Program-made: the position numbers and the translations under genes
Notes under the pieces: model-generated
The model's input: only the letters and a program-made list of their open reading frames with translations
What the model was told of the DNA's origin: nothing
Database searches by the model: none
Assembly: GCA_965247095.1 (NCBI GenBank)
Contig: OZ251997.1
Location: forward strand, 2,688,001-2,752,000
Reading direction: 5' to 3'
DNA: 64,000 nt
Source of the DNA: Candidatus Multivorans sp.
Lineage (GTDB): Bacteria; Acidobacteriota; Thermoanaerobaculia; Multivoradales; Multivoraceae
Shown: positions 18,033-27,551 of the stretch, one piece after another
Layout: each line of letters opens with the position of its first letter
How positions within the stretch are numbered: the first letter of the stretch is position 1

Positions 18033-18508
18033 TGATCGCGCTTTCCGCCAGCGACCTGACGCGCATCCGCGCCCACGGCGAGGCCACCTACCCGGAAGAG
18101 TGCTGCGGCATCCTGGTCGGCCGTACCGAGCCGGCGGCCGGCGACAACGGCGATGCCGTGGTCAGCGTCGAGCGGCTGGTCGGCGCCGAGAACGAGCGTG
18201 AGGACGAGAACCGGCACAACCGTTACCTGATCCCGCCCGAGGTCATCCTGCGCACCGAGCGGGAGGCGCGGGCCGACGGCCTCGACGTGATCGGCTACTA
18301 CCACTCCCACCCCGATCATCCATCGCGTCCCAGCGACTTCGACCGCGACCACGCCTGGCCGGGCTACAGTTACCTGATCGTCTCGGTGCGCGAGGGCCGC
18401 GCCCGGGACGAGCGGAGTTGGCGGCTGAGTGGCGACCGCTCCCGATTCGACGAAGAACCCATCCACTGCCCCGAAGCGGCCGCAGCCGGCCGCACGGATA
18501 CGACCTAG
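18032..18508 (+). CDS. JAB/M67 (Mec+-like) metallopeptidase
   Basis: YPEECCGIL...IGYYHSHPDHPSRPSDFD (JAMM E-x-HSH-x7-S-x2-D). Confidence 0.92.
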   Translation: MIALSASDLTRIRAHGEATYPEECCGILVGRTEPAAGDNGDAVVSVERLVGAENEREDENRHNRYLIPPEVILRTEREARADGLDVIGYYHSHPDHPSRPSDFDRDHAWPGYSYLIVSVREGRARDERSWRLSGDRSRFDEEPIHCPEAAAAGRTDTT

Positions 18509-18536
18509 AGCCAGTCTGAGTCACACGGAGACCAAA

Positions 18537-19988
18537 ATGACCGTACTCATACAGATCCCCACGCCCCTGCGGGGCTTCGCCGACGAGAGCACCGAGGTGG
18601 CGGTCGCCGCCGCCACCGTCGGCGAGGCGATGGAGCAGCTCGTCACCCGGTACGAAGGACTGCGCCCCCACCTGTTCGGTGACGACGGCAAGCTGCGCAC
18701 CTTCGTCAACCTGTTTCTGAACGACGAGGACGTGCGCTACCTGGAGCGCGAAGCGACGCCGATCGTCGGTGACGCGACGCTGGCGATCATCCCGTCGATC
18801 GCCGGCGGCACGGTGGCCGAGCCGCCGGCCCAGGCGACCGCGACCGAACTGAGCCCGCAGGAGATCCTCCGCTACAGCCGGCACCTCATCATGCCCGAGG
18901 TCGGCGCCGAGGGGCAGTTGAAGCTCAAGGCCGCCAAGGTGCTGATGATCGGCACCGGCGGCCTCGGCTCGCCGCTCGGCATGTACCTGGCCGCCGCCGG
19001 CGTCGGCCGCCTCGGCCTGGTGGATTTCGACATCGTCGACGAGTCGAACCTGCACCGCCAGTTGCTCTACAGCAGCGCCGATGTCGGCCGCCCCAAGATC
19101 GACGCCGCGGTGGAGCGCCTGCACGAGGTGAACCCGCACATTGAACTCGTGCCGCACCCGGTCATGCTCGACTCGAGCAACGCGCTCGAGATCTTCGCCG
19201 ACTACGACCTGGTGGTCGACGGCACGGACAACTTCCCGACCCGCTATCTCGTCAACGACGCCTGCGTCCTGCTCGGCAAGCCGAACGTCTACGGCTCCAT
19301 CTTCCGCTTCGAGGGCCAGGTATCCGTCTTCTGGGGCGCCAAGGGCCCCTGCTACCGCTGCCTGTTCGCCGAGCCGCCGCCGCCGGGACTCGTCCCCTCA
19401 TGCGCCGAAGGCGGCGTCCTCGGCGTGCTGCCCGGCATCATCGGCAGCCTGCAGGCGAACGAGGTGATCAAGCTGATCATCGGCCAGGGCGATCCCCTGA
19501 TCGGCCGTCTCGTGCTCTTCGACGCGCTGCGCATGAGCTTCCGCGAACTCAAGCTGCGCAAGAACCCGGATTGCCCGATCTGCTCCGAGCACCCCACGCA
19601 GACCGAACTCATCGACTACGAAGAGTTCTGCGGCATCCCCGCCGTCCCCGAGGCACCGTCCCTGAACGACTTGATCGACGTGACCCCGACCCAGGTCCAG
19701 TCCTGGATCGACGAAGGCCGCGACGTACATATCCTCGACGTCCGCGGCCCGCAGGAGTACGCCATCTGCCGCATCCAGGGCTCGACCCTGATCCCCGTCG
19801 CCGAACTCGAAGGCCGCGTCGGCGAACTCGATCCCTCCCGCCTCTGGGTCGTCCACTGCCACCACGGTCCGCGGTCGACCCGGGCGACGCACATCCTGCG
19901 TGACCGCGGCTTCCAGCAGGCCTACAACCTGGCCGGCGGGATCGATGCCTGGGCGGAGGAAGTGGATCCGTCGTTGGCGCGGTACTGA
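18537..19988 (+). CDS. moeB: ThiS/MoaD-like sulfur carrier fused to MoeB/ThiF adenylyltransferase and rhodanese (MoeZ-like)
   Basis: IPTPLR...VNLFLNDEDVR...IIPSIAGG (Ubl), RYSRHL, GTGGLGS, SNLHRQ, DGTDNFPTRY, CYRC, PSCAEGGVLG, C-terminal CHHGPRS rhodanese. Confidence 0.92.
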   Translation: MTVLIQIPTPLRGFADESTEVAVAAATVGEAMEQLVTRYEGLRPHLFGDDGKLRTFVNLFLNDEDVRYLEREATPIVGDATLAIIPSIAGGTVAEPPAQATATELSPQEILRYSRHLIMPEVGAEGQLKLKAAKVLMIGTGGLGSPLGMYLAAAGVGRLGLVDFDIVDESNLHRQLLYSSADVGRPKIDAAVERLHEVNPHIELVPHPVMLDSSNALEIFADYDLVVDGTDNFPTRYLVNDACVLLGKPNVYGSIFRFEGQVSVFWGAKGPCYRCLFAEPPPPGLVPSCAEGGVLGVLPGIIGSLQANEVIKLIIGQGDPLIGRLVLFDALRMSFRELKLRKNPDCPICSEHPTQTELIDYEEFCGIPAVPEAPSLNDLIDVTPTQVQSWIDEGRDVHILDVRGPQEYAICRIQGSTLIPVAELEGRVGELDPSRLWVVHCHHGPRSTRATHILRDRGFQQAYNLAGGIDAWAEEVDPSLARY

Positions 19989-20109
19989 GAAAAGGTGCCG
20001 TCGCCGGATCACCAGAGGCGACGGACGGCGTAACGGTCGAAGATCTGCCGGCGCCCCCGGCATCGTCTACGCTGATCGGTAGCTCGGCTGACCAGCACGT
20101 CGTTTCCTT

Positions 20110-20310
20110 AATCCTCAATCGCACGGCGGGCGGATCGGGACAGCCGTTGGCTTCCGATTGGCCATCACAGGAACGCGTGGGTGTCGAGTAGCAGCCGCAC
20201 GCGTCACGCTTCCCAGGCCGCCAACTCCTCCTCGGGCAGCGGTTCGAAGAACCGATCGTCGATACGGATCTGCCCCCGCAGGGTGCCGAACTCCTGCTTG
20301 GCCGGGGGCC
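20110..20310 (-). pseudogene. Decayed Phd/YefM-type antitoxin C-terminus + truncated VapC (PIN) toxin
   Basis: Minus strand ...QEFGTLRGQIRIDDRFFEPLPEEELAAWEA* (stop 20204-20206), then GTG at 20200: VRLLLDTHAFL*WPIGSQRLS, a VapC N-terminus with Trp->stop. Confidence 0.75.
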
Positions 20311-20471
20311 GGCAAGCTGAAAGCGGCGATGGGCGTTGAGGTCGGCGGGCAGGTCTAGCCCGCTGCTACGCTCCAAGGCATCGGTCCAGTGACGGCGCAT
20401 GCCGACGGCTCCAGGGAACACCGTCGTCGGGCAGCAGTCTTGCCCTAGGACACGGCAGCCGAGAACCGCCC

Positions 20472-21695
20472 ATGATCAACCGAATCGCCATCAAGGGCTT
20501 CAAGAGTTTTCGCGCCGTGACCGTCGACTTGGGCGGATTGAACCTGTTCGTCGGCACGAATGCCAGCGGCAAGTCGAACTTCTTCGATGCGCTTCGCGTG
20601 CTGCAGGGGATCGGCAACGGCTTCACCGTGAGCGAGATCCTTGACGGCAAGCCGAGAAGCGCGACCAGCGAGGTTTGGGAGGGGATTCGAGGCGGGAGTG
20701 CGAAGGCGTGTTTCGAGGGGCCTGAGCAGCCTGAGATCTTCTGGATTACTGCGGCGGGCCGACTGAGGCTCGGAAAGGCGATTAGGCGATGGAAGTACTC
20801 CGTGACCGTGTCTCCGAACCGAGGCCATGTTGAGCGGGAGAGTCTGGAGTACGGAGGCCGTTCCATCTATGACTCCCGCTATGCCGACAGGGGTGGCGTC
20901 GGGAGCCCGGTTCTCAAAGTCGAGTATCAACACGGAGGACGCGGCCGACCCCGGCACCTACCGTTCGAACGTTCCCGGCCCGTTCTGCGGCAATTTGAAG
21001 GCGCGAATCGGGTGGAGTCGCAGCATGGTGCAATCACTGCGCGGGTGGCCGACGTGTTGGCCGACATGCAGCGGGTCGATCCCACGCCGACGATTCTGAG
21101 GGGTTACTCGCAGGCGCGGCAGGTGGACCGCATGGGCGAACACGGGGAGAACTTTGCCGCCTTGGTCAGGGGAATCTGCGCCGACCCCGATGTGGGTGGC
21201 GGATACCTCGATTGGCTGCGCGAGTTGCGGCCGGCGGAAGTGGACAGCGTAGGGACCTTGTCCGGTGCCGTGGGCGAGCCGCTCTTCATGTTGCGAGAGG
21301 GGGACAGGGAGTTTCCGGCACCGGTGTTGAGCGACGGGACGCTCCGGTTTGCCGCGATCGCTGCGGCGTTCTTTCAGCCCGACATGCCGCAGATCATGAC
21401 GATCGAGGAGCTCGAGAACGGCATACACGCGAGCCGAACGCGCCTGATCCTGGAACTCCTTCGGGCCAACGCCACGGCTGGTTCGACGCAGATTCTGGCG
21501 ACGACCCACTCGCCGGCTGTTCTGGCGTGGTTGAAGCCGTCGGAGTACGCCACGACCTACGTCTGCCGGCGCGACCAGGACACGAGTGAATCAACGATCA
21601 CGCCGCTCCGCGACGTTCCCGGTTTCAGGGAAGTTGCCAAGAGCCACTCGCTTGCCGATCTGTTCACGGAAGGCTGGCTGGAGGCGGCTTTGTGA
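20472..21695 (+). CDS. ABC/AAA_21-type ATPase (putative defence)
   Basis: IKGFKSF, Walker A GTNASGKSN, signature LSDGT, Walker B MTIEELENGIH, TTHS. Confidence 0.9.
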   Translation: MINRIAIKGFKSFRAVTVDLGGLNLFVGTNASGKSNFFDALRVLQGIGNGFTVSEILDGKPRSATSEVWEGIRGGSAKACFEGPEQPEIFWITAAGRLRLGKAIRRWKYSVTVSPNRGHVERESLEYGGRSIYDSRYADRGGVGSPVLKVEYQHGGRGRPRHLPFERSRPVLRQFEGANRVESQHGAITARVADVLADMQRVDPTPTILRGYSQARQVDRMGEHGENFAALVRGICADPDVGGGYLDWLRELRPAEVDSVGTLSGAVGEPLFMLREGDREFPAPVLSDGTLRFAAIAAAFFQPDMPQIMTIEELENGIHASRTRLILELLRANATAGSTQILATTHSPAVLAWLKPSEYATTYVCRRDQDTSESTITPLRDVPGFREVAKSHSLADLFTEGWLEAAL

Positions 21696-22255
21696 GTGTG
21701 CGGGTTCTGGTCATCCCGGAAGATCCAACTCTCAATGGCTACATTCTGAAACCGCTGGTGGAGATGGTTCTGGCGGAAGCGGGCAAACCCACCGCCAGGG
21801 TGACGGTGCTGACGAACCCCAGAATTCGCGGGTACGATGAAGCAGTTCGGGTGATCCGTCGCGGACTGTCTTCGCGGTACGGCTTCATGGATCTGTGGCT
21901 GTTCTTTCCGGACGCGGACCGGGCCAGCGACGCTGCGATGGGCGATCTCGAGCGGAGTTTGCGGCAGCAGGGCGTCGCCCTGCTCTGCTGTCCCGCTCAG
22001 CCCGAAGTCGAGATTTACGTCTGTGCGGCCTATCGCGAGCAGATTCGCGGTTCGTGGGACGAAGCGCGCTCGAACCCGCGATTCAAGGAAACCGTCTTCG
22101 AACCGCTGCTCAAAGCGCACGGCGATCCTCGACGTCCAGGTGGCGGGCGGAGCGCGATGACCGAGAAGTCGATAGCGCAGCGGCGCCAGTTCCTTCGGCT
22201 TTGCCCGGAGATCGCCGAGTTGCGGAATCGCATCGTCGAGGTCTTGAACGGCTGA
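21692..22255 (+). CDS. TOPRIM-like (DUF4276/RloB-like) partner protein
   Basis: GTGA-coupled to the ATPase; VLVIPED, FFPDAD and PEVEIY acidic motifs. Confidence 0.65.
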   Translation: MSVRVLVIPEDPTLNGYILKPLVEMVLAEAGKPTARVTVLTNPRIRGYDEAVRVIRRGLSSRYGFMDLWLFFPDADRASDAAMGDLERSLRQQGVALLCCPAQPEVEIYVCAAYREQIRGSWDEARSNPRFKETVFEPLLKAHGDPRRPGGGRSAMTEKSIAQRRQFLRLCPEIAELRNRIVEVLNG

Positions 22256-22340
22256 GCTGCGATTCCCGCCTCTGCAGACAGGTGGTTCGCCGATTCAACT
22301 GCGGCGAAGAGACGACAGCGCGGATCCGCGACGGCGATCG

Positions 22341-23309
22341 CTATCGCCTGGCCGTTTCGAACCGAGCTTCTCTTCCGCCCACTTGCACCCTCGCCTCGGG
22401 TAGCGCTTCCAGCGCGCGCCGCGGCAGCAGAGCGAAGCCGAGGGCGGTCTGATGCCGGGGTGATTGGCAGACGCTGGTCAACGTAGCCGCGGCGCGGCCC
22501 TTGAACTCGATCTCAGCACCGGCCGAGGGCAGGTGGCCCGCCGCGAATACAAGCCGGCACATCCGCCGCGCCGGCTGGCCGCGGTAGTGGATGCGGGCGA
22601 CGATCTCCTGGCCGAGGTAGCAGCCCTTCTCGTAGTCGACGGCGTCGTCGATCCCGGTTTCCTGTGGCAGGTTCGAGTCGTCGTAGTCGACGCCCCAGAG
22701 GGGGTGGCCGTGCTCGATGCGCAGGGCTTCGGTGGCCTCGGCGCCGACCTCGGGGATGCCCGCCTCGGCGAGGTCTTCGGCCATCAGCGGCGCGATGGCG
22801 GAGGACTGCCAGAGCGAGAAGGCGGGTACCGCGCTGTGGCCTTCGCGGACGAGGCGGGCCTGGTAGTCGAGCACCTCGACCTGGGCGTGGCGCCAGGGTT
22901 CGGTGAGGTCGTTGGCGGCGGTGGCGCCGAGCCCCGCCAGGACCTCGGCGCTCCGCGGGCCGGCCACGCGGACGGACGCCATGTCGCCGAGCGGGAGGAT
23001 CTCGACCTGGTCGGTGACGATGTACTTCTCCAGGTGGTCGATGATGGTCCTGCCTCGGCCCCTGGGGATCTCGAGCCAGAGGCGATCCTCGAGCCCCAGC
23101 ACGGTGGCGCTGGCGAGTACCCGCCCGCGGACGTCGGTGATGAAGCCGAAGACGCCGTGGCCGGGTTCCAGGCCTTCGACGGCCGACGTGACCATGCCGC
23201 CGAAGAACCGTTCCCGGTCGGGGCCCATGAGTTCGAGCCGGGAGGCCCGCGGCGGTTCGCACAGCGCGGCTTCGGTGGTGAGCAGCTCGTAGTCGCGTTC
23301 GAGGCTCAT
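22341..23309 (-). CDS. ygfZ: YgfZ/GcvT family folate-binding Fe-S maturation protein
   Basis: GPDRERFF.G.VT, LRIE.G.P, KGCYLGQEIVAR signature. Confidence 0.9.
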   Translation of the reverse strand: MSLERDYELLTTEAALCEPPRASRLELMGPDRERFFGGMVTSAVEGLEPGHGVFGFITDVRGRVLASATVLGLEDRLWLEIPRGRGRTIIDHLEKYIVTDQVEILPLGDMASVRVAGPRSAEVLAGLGATAANDLTEPWRHAQVEVLDYQARLVREGHSAVPAFSLWQSSAIAPLMAEDLAEAGIPEVGAEATEALRIEHGHPLWGVDYDDSNLPQETGIDDAVDYEKGCYLGQEIVARIHYRGQPARRMCRLVFAAGHLPSAGAEIEFKGRAAATLTSVCQSPRHQTALGFALLPRRALEALPEARVQVGGREARFETARR

Positions 23310-24010
23310 GGCAGTTCGGGGCCGGCGTGGCGGCCGTCCAGCAGTACGCGCCGGGCGGTCGCGTGGCGGAGGTCGGGCGCGACCCAGTCTGCGCCGGCCG
23401 CGTGCAGCCGGTGGTCGGGGGTGAAGCCGGTGGCGACACCCAGCACGGGTACGCCGTGCGCCTCGCCGCAGGCGACATCGCGCACGGTGTCGCCGATGAT
23501 CACCGTGTCGGCGGGGCCCGCTGCCGCCCCGGTACGTTCCGCGGCGCGGCGGACCGCCACCGGCACCAACTCGTTGCGCCGGACGCCGTCCTCGCCGAAG
23601 GCGCCGAAGTCGAAGAAGCGGTTGAGATCAAAGGGCGCGAGCTTGGCCCGGGCGCCGACCTCCCAGTTGCCGGTGAGCAGGCCCACGCAGGTGTCCTCGG
23701 CGGCGGCCAGCTCCTCGAGCAGTTCGACCACGCCGGGCAGCAGCCTCATCTGCGCCGGGTCGAGCCGGTCGAGCAGATCGGTGTAGTGCGAACGAACCTC
23801 GTCCAGGCGGGCCTCGACCTCGACGCGTGGGATGCCGGCATCGGTCATCAGGTCGATCACCGCCTCGGTGTCCGTCCTGCCGCCGAAGTCGTAGGCCCGG
23901 ACGTTGCCTGTCTGGCCGAAGGTTCGCTTCAGAGCCCCCATGAAGATGGGCCCGATCTGGGGGCCGCAGCGAACCAGGGTGCCGTCGATATCGAAGAGCA
24001 GGAGCCGCAT
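23306..24010 (-). CDS. HAD family hydrolase
   Basis: LFDIDGTL, LLTGN, IIGDT.RD. Confidence 0.9.
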   Translation of the reverse strand: MRLLLFDIDGTLVRCGPQIGPIFMGALKRTFGQTGNVRAYDFGGRTDTEAVIDLMTDAGIPRVEVEARLDEVRSHYTDLLDRLDPAQMRLLPGVVELLEELAAAEDTCVGLLTGNWEVGARAKLAPFDLNRFFDFGAFGEDGVRRNELVPVAVRRAAERTGAAAGPADTVIIGDTVRDVACGEAHGVPVLGVATGFTPDHRLHAAGADWVAPDLRHATARRVLLDGRHAGPELP

Positions 24011-24080
24011 CGCGTTGCCGGAGTTCCGAAGTAAGCGGGGAGACTATCCGTAGAGGCGCCGACTGCTAGCCTTTCCCGTC

Positions 24081-24770
24081 TTGATCGTACGCGTGCTGAG
24101 CTTCGCCACCGCTTTGGACGCCGTCGGCAGCGCCGAGACGGAGCACGAACTTCTGGACGGCAGCACGGTCGCCGACCTGATCGAGGGCCTGACTGCCGCG
24201 TACCCGGGTCTGGCGGCTCTGTGGCCGCGGCTGGCGGTGGCCGTCGACGGCGAGGTCGTCGCGGATCGGGCGGCGCCGCTTCACGACGGGGCCGAGGTCG
24301 CCCTCCTGCCGCCGGTGTCGGGCGGATCGTGCGGCGGCCGCGTAGGCCGGCTGCGGGACGGCGCCGTCGACGCGGAAACGGTGGCGGCGGTGCGCGCCGG
24401 TGTCGAGGACGCCGCGAACGGGGCGGTCGTCGTCTTCGTCGGCAACGTCCGCAACTCGTTTAGCGGCCGCCCGGTCGAGCGCATCACATACTCCGCGTAT
24501 CCAGCGATGGCGGAACGCCGCCTGGCGCGGATCGTGAGCGAACTCGAGGCGGCCGAGGCGGGAACCCGCGTGGAGATCGTCCACGGTCTGGGCACACTCG
24601 AAGTCGGCGAAGCCAGCGTGGTGATCGCCACCGCTTCAGCGCATCGGCGGCAGGCCTACGACACGAACCGTGTTGCGCTAGAGCGCCTCAAGGCCGAAGT
24701 ACCGATCTGGAAGCGGGAGCACTACCGCGACGGCCAGTCTGCCTGGCGGGAGGAAGAGCCGCTCGGGTAG
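24081..24770 (+). CDS. moaE: Fused molybdopterin synthase MoaD-MoaE
   Basis: N-terminal MoaD ending LLPPVSGG; MoaE GAVVVFVGNVR, SAHR, LK..VPIWKREH. Confidence 0.9.
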   Translation: MIVRVLSFATALDAVGSAETEHELLDGSTVADLIEGLTAAYPGLAALWPRLAVAVDGEVVADRAAPLHDGAEVALLPPVSGGSCGGRVGRLRDGAVDAETVAAVRAGVEDAANGAVVVFVGNVRNSFSGRPVERITYSAYPAMAERRLARIVSELEAAEAGTRVEIVHGLGTLEVGEASVVIATASAHRRQAYDTNRVALERLKAEVPIWKREHYRDGQSAWREEEPLG

Positions 24771-24857
24771 AGCCGGCGGCCTGGTGGCCCGGACAGCCCG
24801 ACGCCCCACAGGCCCCCGGACGGGCGGGTGCTACCTGCGACGCCGTCTTGGTGCCGC

Positions 24858-25247
24858 CTAGACGGCGAACGACGAGCCGCAGCCGCAGGTGCCGACGGCC
24901 TTCGGGTTCGAGAACTTGAACCCGGTTCCCGCGACGCCCAACTGGTAGTCGATCCTCGTGCCCTTGAGGTAGCGGGCGCTGATCGGGTCGACGTACACCT
25001 GCAGGCCGTCGTACTCGAACACCTCGTCTGCGTCGCGCTGGTTCGTCTCGAAGTCGAGCGCGTACTCGAAGCCGCTGCAGCCGCCGCCGCGGACCGCGAC
25101 CCGCAGGCCGTGATCGGACGAGAGACCCTCGTCCTCGCGTGTGAGCTTGATCATGCGCACCGCCTTGGCGGTCAGGTGCAGCGTTTCCGGCGCCTGCTGC
25201 GGCGCGGGTGGCGGCGAGGTTGGACTCGGGAAATCGATTTCTGGCAT
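24858..25247 (-). CDS. iscA: HesB/IscA family Fe-S carrier
   Basis: LRVAVRGGGCSGFEY, NPKA..TCGCGSSF. Confidence 0.93.
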   Translation of the reverse strand: MPEIDFPSPTSPPPAPQQAPETLHLTAKAVRMIKLTREDEGLSSDHGLRVAVRGGGCSGFEYALDFETNQRDADEVFEYDGLQVYVDPISARYLKGTRIDYQLGVAGTGFKFSNPKAVGTCGCGSSFAV

Positions 25248-25431
25248 CGTCTGTGGGCCTCCGCGGACCCGTGATCAAGCCGCTCGGGCGTGGCCGGCCG
25301 TACAGGTAGGGGGGCCGCGGCTCTGGTGCCCAAGGGTATCATCGAACCGTGTTGACAAGGACTTCGGACCGTTCGACACGGCCCCACGGAGGCAGTCACA
25401 ACCACGTTGGGCGCCCCGGGGAGGGCCGGGC

Positions 25432-26064
25432 ATGATCCGGGAACAGGGCCGCGGCGACGGCGGCTGCATCGAGGTGATCACGGGCGGCATGTTCTCGGGC
25501 AAGAGCGAGGAGCTGGTGCGCCGGCTCCGGCGCGCCCTGATCGCCCGCCAGCGTGTCCAGGTGTTCCGGATCGCGACCGATACTCGGGGCGGCGAGGCCG
25601 GTGTCGTGCGGACCCGGGACAACCGGAGCCTGTCCGCGGTGACGGTGACATCGAGCGACGAGATGCGCGAGAAGCTGAGTCTCGGCGTGGAGGTCGTGGG
25701 CATCGACGAGGCCCAGTTCTTCGACGGAGGACTGGTCGAGCTGGTGACGGAACTCGCCGATCTCGGCGTGCGAGTGATCGTGGCCGGGCTGGACCTGGAC
25801 TTTCGGCGCCGTCCCTTCGGGCCGATCCCGGAGCTCATGGCGATCGCGGAGTACGTCGACAAGATGCACGCCGTGTGCATGCGCTGCGGCGCCGCCGCGC
25901 AGTACTCGCTGCGCATCGCGGCCGGCGAACAGCAGGTCCTGGTCGGCGACTTCGAGGCCTATGAGCCCCTTTGCCGCCGCTGCTACGGCTCGTCCAGCGA
26001 GGCCGATCTGGACAGTGACGAGGCGGATGAGAACGAGTCCGCCGACCAGGCCCGCGCGAGCTAG
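25432..26064 (+). CDS. tdk: Thymidine kinase
   Basis: ITGGMFSGKSEEL, IDEAQFF, AGLDLDF...PFG, C..C...YEPLCRRC. Confidence 0.95.
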   Translation: MIREQGRGDGGCIEVITGGMFSGKSEELVRRLRRALIARQRVQVFRIATDTRGGEAGVVRTRDNRSLSAVTVTSSDEMREKLSLGVEVVGIDEAQFFDGGLVELVTELADLGVRVIVAGLDLDFRRRPFGPIPELMAIAEYVDKMHAVCMRCGAAAQYSLRIAAGEQQVLVGDFEAYEPLCRRCYGSSSEADLDSDEADENESADQARAS

Positions 26065-26699
26065 CGAATCAGGCCCTGCAGTGCCTGCCGGATCGTGGAA
26101 CCGAGGTCCGGTGACGACAGGTCGTGGCCTACGCCAGGAACCTCGAGGGCGCCGTTCAGGGTGGGCCAGCGTTTGGGCAGGCGGCGGATCATTGCCGGCG
26201 GAGTGAACCCGTCGAGCTGGCCGTAGACGACGGCGACGGGTACGGAGGCGGTGGCGGCGTCCTCGAAGTCGTAGTGGGTCAAGGGCGGCGCGATGAGCAA
26301 CATGCCGGCGGGCGGGTCCAGGGCGGCGTCAGCCTGCGGGAGCCGCGCCATCGTGACGACGGCGCCGAAGGAGTAGCCGACACCGAGACGCGGCAACCGC
26401 GGGAAGCGGCGACGGAGTTCCTGCTCGCAGGCGGCGAGGTCACAGATCTCGCCGCGGCCCGCGTCGTGGCGTCCCTCGCTGCGGCCGGCGCCGCGGAAGT
26501 TGAAGCGGAGCGCGGCGCCGCCCAGCTCGACCGCGGCCGTGGCGGCGGCGTCCACGACGTGGTTGTCCATGTCGCCGCCGTAGAGCGGGTGGGGGTGCGC
26601 GACGGTGGCGACGAAGGTCGGCGGCGCTTCTGGTTCGACCAGTGTGGCTTCCAACGCCCCGGCGGGGCCCTGGAGTTCGAGAGGCGTGATTCGAGGCAT
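26061..26699 (-). CDS. Alpha/beta hydrolase
   Basis: GPAG.LE, HPHPLYGG.M.N.VV, LRFNFRGAGRSEG, GYSFG. Confidence 0.9.
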   Translation of the reverse strand: MPRITPLELQGPAGALEATLVEPEAPPTFVATVAHPHPLYGGDMDNHVVDAAATAAVELGGAALRFNFRGAGRSEGRHDAGRGEICDLAACEQELRRRFPRLPRLGVGYSFGAVVTMARLPQADAALDPPAGMLLIAPPLTHYDFEDAATASVPVAVVYGQLDGFTPPAMIRRLPKRWPTLNGALEVPGVGHDLSSPDLGSTIRQALQGLIR

Positions 26700-26861
26700 C
26701 GTCTGACGGTCCGAGCGGTGGGAAGCGCGGAATATACTGCGCTGCGGCGCGGATTGCCCCCCGCAAAGCCGGAAGCGGCGCCTCGTCGTGCCGCGCGCCC
26801 CTTGAAACACCGCCGGTGACGCGCCGTACTCAAAGCGGGCGCTCACCAAGGAGTTCGTTCG

Positions 26862-27551
26862 ATGATCTTCGATCCCATGTACTTCGTGTTCCTGGCCCCC
26901 GGCCTGCTGCTGTCGCTGTGGGCCAGCTTCCGCGTCAAGTCGGCGTTCAAGAAGTACTCCAAGGTGCGGTCGGTGACCGGCATGACCGGCGCCCAGGCGG
27001 CGCAGCGACTGCTTGCCTACGCCGGCATCAACGACGTTCAGGTCGTTGCGACGCGGGGCCGGCTGTCCGATCACTACAACCCCGTGACCAAGAAACTGGC
27101 GTTGTCGGAGCCGGTCTACGGCTCGAACTCCGTGGCCGCGATCGGCATTGCCTGCCATGAGGCCGGACACGCCATTCAGCACGCCAAGAAGTACGCACCG
27201 CTGTGGCTGCGGTCGACCCTGGTGCCGATGGCCGGAATCGGCAGCAACCTGGGCTACCTCGTCATGTTCTTCGGCCTGATTCTGGGCAACATGGGCATGT
27301 TCATGGTGGGTGTGGTGATGTTCTCGGCGGTCGTCCTGTTCCAACTCGTCACCCTGCCGGTCGAGTTCGATGCCACCGCCCGCGCCAAGCGCCTCGCCGT
27401 CGAGCAGGGTCTGATCCTGCAGACCGAGCGGGTCGGGATGGACCGGGTTCTCAACGCCGCCGCGCTGACCTACGTCGCCGCCGCCGTCTCCTCGCTCCTC
27501 ACCCTCGCCTACTTCCTGATGCGAGCTGGTCTTCTCGGTGGCCGCGACTAG
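26862..27551 (+). CDS. Membrane zinc metallopeptidase (YugP family)
   Basis: LSDHYNP, HEAGHAIQH, TLPVEFDA, LNAAALTYVAA. Confidence 0.92.
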   Translation: MIFDPMYFVFLAPGLLLSLWASFRVKSAFKKYSKVRSVTGMTGAQAAQRLLAYAGINDVQVVATRGRLSDHYNPVTKKLALSEPVYGSNSVAAIGIACHEAGHAIQHAKKYAPLWLRSTLVPMAGIGSNLGYLVMFFGLILGNMGMFMVGVVMFSAVVLFQLVTLPVEFDATARAKRLAVEQGLILQTERVGMDRVLNAAALTYVAAAVSSLLTLAYFLMRAGLLGGRD

